Shown here: positions 37,437 through 45,506 of the stretch, piece after piece | Numbering within the stretch: position 1 is the first letter of the stretch | Layout: every line of letters starts with the position of its first letter | Assembly: GCA_965242965.1 (NCBI GenBank) | Contig: OZ251518.1 | Location: forward strand, 2,912,001 to 2,976,000 | Origin: Candidatus Poribacteria bacterium | GTDB taxonomy: Bacteria > Poribacteria > WGA-4E > WGA-3G | Direction: 5' to 3' | Length of the DNA stretch: 64,000 nucleotides | Made by a program: the position numbers and the translations under genes | The notes under the pieces: model-generated | The model's input: only the letters and a program-made list of their open reading frames with translations | What the model was told of the DNA's origin: nothing | The model's database searches: none

Positions 37437-38939
37437 TTAATACGCATCCAAATCAATCTCCTCCTCACTAAACCGAAGGTGCGACTGATTGACGAGTTCA
37501 ACGATGGCATCCCACTGTGCGCGCGTCGCATCGGAAATCCCCTCGCGTTCCAGTGCCTCGGCGAATTGCGTCAGGTCCTCAATAAACCTATTTTGTAAGA
37601 AGGCGTATTCCTCAGTCTGCGCCGCGTTTTTCGGGGGTTCAAAGTTCAAGATGAGTTTCGCATAAGCCGCCAACTGCTTTGCCGCCGAGACCGCGGACTC
37701 CTTCCCCTCGCCGCTGTCAAAATAGTCGACGACCTCGTAATAGTCTTCTATCATGAGAGCCATGAGTGCCTTCAGGTCTTCGACATCTGTCTCAATCAAG
37801 AGCTCTTCGTTCTCATCATCCTCATCATCTGTTGCACTCGGGAGTTCGCTTTCACCGGTATCCGTAGGCGCGCTTTGTAAGCGCGTATCGGTTGTCTCCA
37901 ATTTCGGGGAACGCGCCCCGAGGATGGTTAACCCCACAATCGCGACAACAGAGAGACTCGTGACTGTCAGCGCGACCGGGCGTTTCCAAAGCACCTCGCG
38001 TTCACTTTTATCTAAGAAGGGTAAAAAAAGCAAGAGCAGGATGCCGACTGTCGGAATCACAAACGTGCCGACGATTTCTAGCGGGCCTTGGAAATACTTC
38101 AGCAGTTGGAACAGAAAGAGGAAATACCATTCTGGCCTCGGGTCATAGTCTGCATTCGTCGGGTCGGCGACATCTTCCAGCGGCACGGGGACAAACAGCG
38201 CGACCGATGCCAGAACCACAAACAGAATCAGCATTCCGAGAACGTCTTCAAATACCTGATGCGGATAGAACGGTTTGCCGGTTTTCATCTCCTCTGGGGT
38301 ATTTCGCGGTTCTCCTGATGAGCCGTAGAACCGGACGAAGAGGAGATGCACACCGACGAGCCCGAACGCAATCCACGGCAGCCAGATGGTGTGAATCGCG
38401 TAAAACCGCGAGAGTGTCACCGCGCCGATTTCTGAACCGCCGCGCAGCACCTTCGCAACGAAATCACCTAATACCGGTGCGGTGCTGGCGATTTCCACGC
38501 CGACGACGGTCGCCCAATACGCTTTCTCATCCCACGGCAGCAGATAGCCGGTGAAGCCGAAGCCGAGCACGACGAGGAGGAGCAGCACGCCGACTATCCA
38601 CGTCAATTCACGCGGGGATTTGTAGGAACTATAAATCACGACGCGGAGCAGGTGCAGGAAAACGACAATCACCATCGCGCTCGCGCCCCAGTGATGCAAG
38701 CCGCGCACGAACGCGCCGAACGGCACTTCTTCGCTGATATAGGTGACAGCGTTATGCGCGTGGTCTGGGGATGGCGAGTAGTAGAGTGCTAGAAACGCGC
38801 CTGTCGCCGCCTGTAGCAACAGGAGAAACATCGCCAAGCTGCCGAGCGAAAAGAGCAGATTGATGTGCTTCGGCAACGGTTTGCGCAAGTGGTTGCCGAT
38901 TTCTGTCAAGGGGAGGCGTTCTTTGAGGAACTGTTTCAT
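37437..38939 (-). CDS. Cytochrome b (b6 + subunit IV type, unsplit) with an extra C-terminal helical domain
   Basis: RGLHHWGAS, LHLLRV, GFTGYLLPWD, IHT..LP...VHL, KPFYP, PEWY. Confidence 0.93.
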   Translation of the reverse strand: MKQFLKERLPLTEIGNHLRKPLPKHINLLFSLGSLAMFLLLLQAATGAFLALYYSPSPDHAHNAVTYISEEVPFGAFVRGLHHWGASAMVIVVFLHLLRVVIYSSYKSPRELTWIVGVLLLLVVLGFGFTGYLLPWDEKAYWATVVGVEIASTAPVLGDFVAKVLRGGSEIGAVTLSRFYAIHTIWLPWIAFGLVGVHLLFVRFYGSSGEPRNTPEEMKTGKPFYPHQVFEDVLGMLILFVVLASVALFVPVPLEDVADPTNADYDPRPEWYFLFLFQLLKYFQGPLEIVGTFVIPTVGILLLLFLPFLDKSEREVLWKRPVALTVTSLSVVAIVGLTILGARSPKLETTDTRLQSAPTDTGESELPSATDDEDDENEELLIETDVEDLKALMALMIEDYYEVVDYFDSGEGKESAVSAAKQLAAYAKLILNFEPPKNAAQTEEYAFLQNRFIEDLTQFAEALEREGISDATRAQWDAIVELVNQSHLRFSEEEIDLDAY

Positions 38940-38964
38940 CGTTTTGTTTTCCGAAGGCAGCAAT

Positions 38965-39180
38965 TGAGACCAGGAGGTCTCTCCTACCGGGCCATCACTT
39001 GCATCGAGACCGGGAGGTCTCTCCTACTGTGGGACAGTGCATCGAGACCGGGAGGTCTCTCCTACCAGTAGGAGGGACATCCTTGTCCCGACAGGTAGGA
39101 GGGACATCCTTGTCCCGACAGGTAGGAGGGACATCCTTGTCCCGATAGGGTGTGTGTCGAGTCCGGGCGGTCTCTCCTAC
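38965..39180. repeat. REP cluster between the Rieske and cytochrome b genes, including 3 tandem 27-bp units
   Basis: GTAGGAGGGACATCCTTGTCCCGA at 39068, 39095 and 39122; GAGACC..GGTCTC hairpins. Confidence 0.9.
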
Positions 39181-39182
39181 GG

Positions 39183-39656
39183 CTAATTCTCCTTCACGTA
39201 TAAAACGCCGGCTTCCACTTTGACATCAAATTTCTGCAACGGACGCGGGGGAGGCCCGGCGATGACGGTGCCGTTTTTATCAAATATCGCGCCGTGGCAG
39301 GGACAGAGGAATTCGCCGCGCTGCTCATTCCAACGGACGAGGCAGCCGAGGTGGGAACACGTTCGCGAAAAAACGTTCCACTCGCCATTGCCGATATCAG
39401 TGACATAGACAGAACGCTTTTTCGTGGCCTTCACCCATCCATCTTTCGCCGTGAAGGTATAGTTTACCTTCTTGAATTGGCTATTTTTCAGCCGAGCGAC
39501 CAGGCCCAAGTCAACCCATTTCGATTCGCCTTTTTTGAAGGCGGGTGCAATTGCGAAGCCGATGAGCGGGATGCCGGCGGCGAAGCCGATGATGCCGCCG
39601 ATGCATGCCGTCAGTTTTTCTAAAAATGAGCGGCGCGGCGGGTATTCTTGACTCAT
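39183..39656 (-). CDS. Rieske [2Fe-2S] subunit of a quinol:cytochrome c reductase
   Basis: RRSFL Tat motif, CSHLGC, CPCHG, GPPPRPL; start at ATG 39656. Confidence 0.93.
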   Translation of the reverse strand: MSQEYPPRRSFLEKLTACIGGIIGFAAGIPLIGFAIAPAFKKGESKWVDLGLVARLKNSQFKKVNYTFTAKDGWVKATKKRSVYVTDIGNGEWNVFSRTCSHLGCLVRWNEQRGEFLCPCHGAIFDKNGTVIAGPPPRPLQKFDVKVEAGVLYVKEN

Positions 39657-39959
39657 GAGGTTCTCCTGTTGAGACGAGGCGTTCTCTGTTACCAAGTGGT
39701 TTTTGGTTGTGACACGAATGCGAGGGACAGGCCCTCGCACTACGGTGGCGAGAAGTTTTTGGCCCGTAGCGCGGGGGCCTGTCCCCCGCGATCGTTCGAT
39801 CTGCGCGAAAACCGCACGCCAGCCACGGCCGCTGCCCCGCCAGAGGCATGGCGAGGGGAACCCGCTCGCCATGCGCGTGTGGCATGCGAGGGCCCTCGCC
39901 CTACGGTGCCAGCGGCACGTTGAGCGATTTATGAAACACCCTCATGTAACCTTCCGAGG

Positions 39960-41027
39960 CTACCGTTTCCGCGTTTGGCCTTCAAACGGCGCGCGCAAAT
40001 CGTATCTGCCTTCTTCCAAGACAGGCAGCGTGCCGTCGTTCACCATCAATTCCAGCGGCAATTCCTTCGTCTCTAGTGGCATCGTGACGACGTTTTTGAT
40101 GCGCAGCGATTCGTAAATCGCCATCATAATCTCAATCGTGTAGCGCGCCTGAACGCCGCTGCCACGATGGTTGTCGATTTTTCCCTCTATCCATTCGGTG
40201 AGTTCTTGGAACTGATTTTTCGGTTCCGAGGGCGGCGTGATTTGCTGCCATCCCTGCGCGTCACCGTTTTGGAGGAGGAGGGTCCCGTCCGGTCCGGTCC
40301 GAATCATGCCTTCGGTGCCAGCGATTTTCGGCATAGAGACGTTCGGTTCCGGCAGGTCACCTTCGTAGATGCCGCGTGCGCCGCCTTCAAAGCAGACGAG
40401 GCCCATACAGAGGTCTTCGCAGATTGTGCGGCGTTCCCACCGGTCGGTAGTGCGCGCAGTCTGGCCGATTACCCATAATGTCTCCGGATCGGACAAGAGG
40501 AACCGCCAGCCATCGATTGCGTGTGTGCCGGTGTTCAGCAGTCCGGCGTGCGGTTTGGCGCGATGGTGCACCGTCGTCGGTTCTCCAATTGCGCCAGCTG
40601 CGACGAGTCGGCGCGCTTCGATGTTCGCGGGTGCGTATCGTCCCTGATGCCCGATGACGAGTTTCACGTTATTCGCCTCGCAAGCGGCAAGCATCTCGTC
40701 GGCTTGTCCGAGGGAGGCGGACATCGGTTTCTCGCCGATGATGCCTTTCACGCCGGCGTTTGCGGCGGCTACCGTGGCTTCTGCCCGCGGTCCCTGCCAC
40801 GTCGTGATAGAGACGATGTCCAAGTCTTCCTTCGCTAACATTTCATTCACGTCGGTGTAAATCGCGGGGACATCGTATTCGTCTGCGACGCGCTTCGCCG
40901 ATTCTTCGTAAATATCTGCCGCGGCGACGACGGTGGCGTTCGGCTGTTTTGTCCAGGCTCTGGAGTGGGAGCGTCCCATCCCGCCGCATCCGATGATGCC
41001 GATTCGGTATGTCTGGTTGGTTTCCAT
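39960..41027 (-). CDS. Gfo/Idh/MocA family oxidoreductase
   Basis: IGIIGCGGMG, EKPM, GTHAID; GGAGG RBS. Confidence 0.92.
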   Translation of the reverse strand: METNQTYRIGIIGCGGMGRSHSRAWTKQPNATVVAAADIYEESAKRVADEYDVPAIYTDVNEMLAKEDLDIVSITTWQGPRAEATVAAANAGVKGIIGEKPMSASLGQADEMLAACEANNVKLVIGHQGRYAPANIEARRLVAAGAIGEPTTVHHRAKPHAGLLNTGTHAIDGWRFLLSDPETLWVIGQTARTTDRWERRTICEDLCMGLVCFEGGARGIYEGDLPEPNVSMPKIAGTEGMIRTGPDGTLLLQNGDAQGWQQITPPSEPKNQFQELTEWIEGKIDNHRGSGVQARYTIEIMMAIYESLRIKNVVTMPLETKELPLELMVNDGTLPVLEEGRYDLRAPFEGQTRKR

Positions 41028-41168
41028 AAGTTCTGCCTCCTGTGTCCATCTTGTGGGTATTTTAGCAACTTTCGTCATTTTTTTCAACAAAAAAAAGGAA
41101 AATGTGTTATACTATGCATAGTGGCGATGTCCTGAACAAGAATTGAAACCGCTCAGCGAGAAATTATT

Positions 41169-41686
41169 GAGGGTGTTTCATATTTCAATGTCTGCCCGGT
41201 AGGCGCGCCCGGTCTTGATGTCTTCCCGGTAGGAGAGACCTCGGGTCTCGATGTTCCCGTAGCGCGGGGGCCTGTCCCCCGCGTTGGCCATCGTCAGGAG
41301 TGGGCGTTTTAGGTCCTAAAGGACTAAAAGAACCAGAGACGTTTTTCCGTAGCGCGAACGATGGCGAGGGACAGGCCCTCGCCCTACGGTGAGGGGGATG
41401 GCGTTTTTTCATCGTAGCGCGGGGCCCCTCGGATGCCATACGCGCATCCGAGCGGGTTTCCCCCGCGATCACCATCGTCACGATGTGTTTACCTCTCTGT
41501 AGTTTGTGATCGCCTGATCACAAACGAGTCAGGATCAGGCGATCCTGACCTACAGCGGTGAGGCGGTCTGACAGCCAAACGCATGGCGAGAGACAGGTTT
41601 CCCTCGCCCTAAGTGAAGGGGAGGCGTTTTTTCACCGGAGCGCGGGGCCTGTCCCCGCGACGTTGAACGAATTATGAAACCTCCTC
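41169..41686. mobile_element. Mosaic REP cassette with inverted termini
   Basis: GAGGGTGTTTCATA at 41169 and TATGAAACCTCCTC at 41673-41686. Confidence 0.78.
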
Positions 41687-41732
41687 GCTTAAATTGCTGT
41701 GAAGTTTTTATTGCCTATAGAGGAAATAGCAA

Positions 41733-42833
41733 ATGGAAGCCCACTACCAAGATACCGCGTCCCACATTCGTGTGACAAACCTCACCGCGTTTCCCATGGG
41801 TGTCAAGTCTTATGTCAAGATTGAGACGAACATGGATGTCACCGGTTGGGGTGAAATTAACAACATGGAGCCCACCGTCTCCTGCGCGCTGGCACGTTCG
41901 CTGTCCGAACTCATCATCGGCGAGAACCCGACGCGCATTGAACATCTCTGGCAGCGCATGTTCCGCGCGCATCGCAACATCCGCGGTGGCGGTATCATGG
42001 TGCATACGCTTTCTGCCATTGATATGGCACTCTGGGATATCGCCGGCAAACTCTGGGGCGTGCCAGTGTATCGCCTCCTCGGCGGGCCCTGCCGCGACAA
42101 AATTTGGAAATATCCGAGCCCTAAGGCGATTAAAACCGGTCCCGGCGGTTCCAAACCGTTCGCAGGCACGCCTGACGAGATTGAGGGACTCCTGCAACGC
42201 GTTCGCGAGACAAGAGAAAAAGTCGGTTCCGACGGTGCTGTCATGTTTGACGCACACAGCTGCCTCCCGCCGCCGATTGTCAAGCAATTCGCGAGTTACC
42301 TCAAACCCGACGATTTGCTTTTTTTAGAGGAAGCATGGGTGCCCGGCAACATTGAAGTCATGCGCAAGGTTCGCGAATCTGTCCCTGTGCCTCTCGCTAC
42401 TGGCGAACGCGACCGGACGATTTGGGAGGTGCGCGAAATTTTGGAGGCGCAGGTGATTGACATCTTGCAACCCGATTGCGGGCACGGCGGCGGCATCACG
42501 CAGGTGAAAAAGGTAGCCGCCCTCGCCGAAGCGCATCACGTGCCGATAGCACCGCACTGCACGATGTCCTATCTCGGACTCACCGCCAGTTTCCAACTCG
42601 CCGCGTCCGTGCCGTTCTTCCTTATCCACGAAGGGTATGAGAACGTGTTGCCAGATGGCGTTGCGCACAAGACGTGGGTGATGGACGCAGAGGGATACGT
42701 TTCATTACCGGAAGGCCCGGGCTTAGGCGTTGAGGTTGACGAGGCGCGCGTCATTGAAGTAGGGAATGAATCCGGGAGGCGTTTCACCTGGCCCAATAGC
42801 CGTTTGAGGGACGGTTCTGTTGCTGATTATTAA
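41733..42833 (+). CDS. Mandelate racemase / acid-sugar dehydratase (DgoD-like)
   Basis: SAIDMALWDIAGK...PVYRLLGG, DAH, LEE, ATGER, QPD, APHC. Confidence 0.92.
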   Translation: MEAHYQDTASHIRVTNLTAFPMGVKSYVKIETNMDVTGWGEINNMEPTVSCALARSLSELIIGENPTRIEHLWQRMFRAHRNIRGGGIMVHTLSAIDMALWDIAGKLWGVPVYRLLGGPCRDKIWKYPSPKAIKTGPGGSKPFAGTPDEIEGLLQRVRETREKVGSDGAVMFDAHSCLPPPIVKQFASYLKPDDLLFLEEAWVPGNIEVMRKVRESVPVPLATGERDRTIWEVREILEAQVIDILQPDCGHGGGITQVKKVAALAEAHHVPIAPHCTMSYLGLTASFQLAASVPFFLIHEGYENVLPDGVAHKTWVMDAEGYVSLPEGPGLGVEVDEARVIEVGNESGRRFTWPNSRLRDGSVADY

Positions 42834-42835
42834 CC

Positions 42836-43222
42836 GGTAGGAGAGACCTCCTGGTCTCGATGTTCCCGTAGCGCGGGGGCCCTCGGATGCCACACGCGCA
42901 TGCGAGCGGGTTCCCCTCGCCATGCGTTTTGCTGTCAGACCTCATCACCCCTGTAGGTCAGGATCGCCTGATCCTGACCTGTTTGCGATCAGGCGATCGC
43001 AAACTACAGAGGTGGGCCCGATACGCACCACATCAAGACCAGGAGGGCGCGCCTACCGGAAGGCATCGAGACCGGGAGGTCTCTCCTACCAGCAGCGCGG
43101 GGGCTATCCACGCGACGTTGAGCGAGTTATGAAACACCCGCACTTAATCCTGGAAATCCTGGAAATCGTGTAAATCCTGCTCGTCATCGTGGAAATCTTG
43201 TAAATCGTGTAAATCCTGCTCC
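42836..43222. repeat. REP cluster with a right cassette terminus and tandem AAATCCTGG-type 9-mers
   Basis: TATGAAACACCCGC at 43128-43141; 9-mer tandem at 43147-43220. Confidence 0.75.
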
Positions 43223-43828
43223 TCATTCAAAAAGTCTCCAGACTTCACACGAAAATCCCGGCACCACCTCTTCCCCTGTCAGCGTGTCTTCGCGCGTGAG
43301 CAACGTGATGTCGGTTTCGGAACGATAGATTGTCACCGTTTGCGCCACTGGTTCGACAACCCAGACGAGCTGCGTGCCGGCATCCAAGTAGTTCAGCACT
43401 TTTTGGACAATCCGAAACTGCACGTCTGATGGAGAGACTACCTCTACCGCCAGGTCTGGTGGAATTTCAAACGCCTTGCGCCGTTCTTCCGGCAGCCGCG
43501 CGTTTGAGATAAACGCGATGTCGGGGATCAGGACGCGCTCGCCGACCTGGAATCCCGTGTCAGGTAGATAGACGCGGCCCAATTGATTCTCACGGACATG
43601 CGCCTGCAAATGCCAATCAATATTGGTGCTAATATCACCGTGTTCGCCTGATGTAGGTGACATCTCTATTAATTCTCCTTTGACGTATTCATATCCCTCT
43701 AAATCGCTCGCGAGGAATTCCTCCAAGGTCATCGCTGGCAGGGAGAGGGGTTCCTGCGCGAAATCTGATTCCTCTGTTGGTGGGGGTTGGATGCCCACTT
43801 CCGCGGGGTGAACTTGCGGTATGCTCAT
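43223..43828 (-). CDS. Uma2 family (DUF820) putative endonuclease
   Basis: YEYVKGEL, PDIAF, PDLAVEVVSPSD, YLDAG..LVWVV, VPGF. Confidence 0.92.
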   Translation of the reverse strand: MSIPQVHPAEVGIQPPPTEESDFAQEPLSLPAMTLEEFLASDLEGYEYVKGELIEMSPTSGEHGDISTNIDWHLQAHVRENQLGRVYLPDTGFQVGERVLIPDIAFISNARLPEERRKAFEIPPDLAVEVVSPSDVQFRIVQKVLNYLDAGTQLVWVVEPVAQTVTIYRSETDITLLTREDTLTGEEVVPGFSCEVWRLFE

Positions 43829-43847
43829 GTTTTTCTCCTCTTAATCT

Positions 43848-44065
43848 GAGGGTGTTTCATATATCGCTCAACGTCGCGGGGGACAGGCCCCCGCGCTACG
43901 ATAAAAATCAGACGCTCCTCAGTAGGTCAGGATCGCCTGATCCTGACCCATTCGGGAGCGGGCGCTCCCGAACTACAGAGGTGGGCCCGATGCCTTCCGG
44001 TAGGAGAGACATTGAGACCGGGAGGGCGCGCCAACCGGGAAGGCATCAATTTATGAAACACCCTC
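43848..44065. mobile_element. Short REP cassette with perfect 14-bp inverted termini and an 8-bp direct repeat
   Basis: CTTAATCT|GAGGGTGTTTCATA ... TATGAAACACCCTC|CTTAATCT. Confidence 0.85.
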
Positions 44066-44066
44066 C

Positions 44067-45440
44067 TTAATCTATCCACTCCATCGTTTGCCGGAGTTTC
44101 TCTTTGGCTTTCGCGTGGTCCCGGCGTGCCTGATAGAAGACGCGTTGCGCCTCGGTGAACTGCGCCTGCGCTTGGAATGCATCGTCAAATGTCAACCCGC
44201 GATAATTTGGCAATTCTACCGTGACTTCATCCAGCACGCGCTCAATTGCACGGAGCCGTTGCTCATAGATTTCCACGCGCCGCTGCTCAATCTCAATTCG
44301 TTCTTGCGCATTGGCGACAGCACGGTAATCGCGGCGGACTGCGACGCGGAGGAGGTCGCGCTTTTCGGCGGCATCCAAGTGGAGTCGCTCAAGTTCGGCG
44401 AGTTCTGCCGAGCGCAGGTTCTCTGTCTGTTTCCCATCGAAGAGCGGCAGGTTGAGATTGAACTGCAGTGCCCATCCCTCTTCGGCGCGGGGCGTGCGTT
44501 CAAAAATGCTCGGCACATCGCGTTCTCTGTCCAAAAGCACCGGCGTGTAGCGTGCGGTTGCATCCCACGTCCGTTTGCCGGGGTGCTGCTCCAATAACAC
44601 GCGCAGGTCGCGATAGCGTGCCTCGGCTGACACTTCCGGGAACCGGTTCCAGAGTGTTTCGCCGACGATGCGTTCTTGACGCGCGATGTCCCCCGCCAGG
44701 TCTCGCAGAGTGAGGCTATTTTTCAATGCCAGTTCGACAGCGGCTTCCAGCGTGATGTCATCCGCCGGCAAGGGTTGCGCGAGAGTGACGTTTGTGAGCG
44801 GGTCCAACCCGGTGAGCCGGATGAGTTCCGCCGTGTCCACGTCTAAGCGCCGCTGGAGTTCGTTCAAGGCGAGTTGCTGCTCCGATAATTCGAGTTCGGT
44901 ATTGAGGCGGCTCAGGAACAGCACGCGCTTTTTTTCGTGCTTAATTTGCGTGCCTTTGAGTTTTTTGACGAGTTCCACCTCAATCGCGCGGCGTTGGGCA
45001 ATCTCTTCCTGCGTCAAAATCATATCGTGCCAGAGGTTGCGGAGTTGGGAGATAACGTCTTTTTTAACGCGTTCCAACGCAATCGTCGATTTGCGGACGG
45101 CTTCCTGCGCCGTGTCTAACCCTTCTGGCACTTCACCGAATTGTGCGAGCAGCACGCTCAATTGGGCGCGGGAGAGGTAGTCCCACTCGTCGCTCGCGCC
45201 GTCCTTTTGGCGTTGATATTCGCCGGTGACACCTACCTGTGGCAGATAGATGGCGCGTGAGATGCGGTGATGTGCCTCGGCACGTGCCACGACTTTCTCG
45301 GCTTTTTTGACGGCCGCGTTGTTTTTCAAGGTGAGTTCGATGGCGCGTGCCGGCGTGAGGATGACGTGGCGTTGCGCGGGGACAGCACGGACGGCGAGTA
45401 AGAGTAAGCAGAGTGTCAGTGCTGTCAGTCGTGTGTTCAT
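44067..45440 (-). CDS. TolC family outer-membrane efflux protein
   Basis: Signal peptide, two OEP halves (AIELTLKNN...YLPQV; AVELALKNS...FPEV), LNLPLFDG. Confidence 0.85.
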   Translation of the reverse strand: MNTRLTALTLCLLLLAVRAVPAQRHVILTPARAIELTLKNNAAVKKAEKVVARAEAHHRISRAIYLPQVGVTGEYQRQKDGASDEWDYLSRAQLSVLLAQFGEVPEGLDTAQEAVRKSTIALERVKKDVISQLRNLWHDMILTQEEIAQRRAIEVELVKKLKGTQIKHEKKRVLFLSRLNTELELSEQQLALNELQRRLDVDTAELIRLTGLDPLTNVTLAQPLPADDITLEAAVELALKNSLTLRDLAGDIARQERIVGETLWNRFPEVSAEARYRDLRVLLEQHPGKRTWDATARYTPVLLDRERDVPSIFERTPRAEEGWALQFNLNLPLFDGKQTENLRSAELAELERLHLDAAEKRDLLRVAVRRDYRAVANAQERIEIEQRRVEIYEQRLRAIERVLDEVTVELPNYRGLTFDDAFQAQAQFTEAQRVFYQARRDHAKAKEKLRQTMEWID

Positions 45441-45506
45441 GGTTGTGTTGCGTCTCCTCTCTGTCTGGCGCGGGACAAGCCTTCGCGCGACGATAACAGC
45501 CGGTTT

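Noticed and set aside
43223-43828. Uma2 nuclease as the mobiliser of the flanking REPs
   Set aside because: It has a PD-(D/E)xK-type fold with no HUH/Tyr motif, and nearly every gene here is REP-flanked, so adjacency is uninformative.
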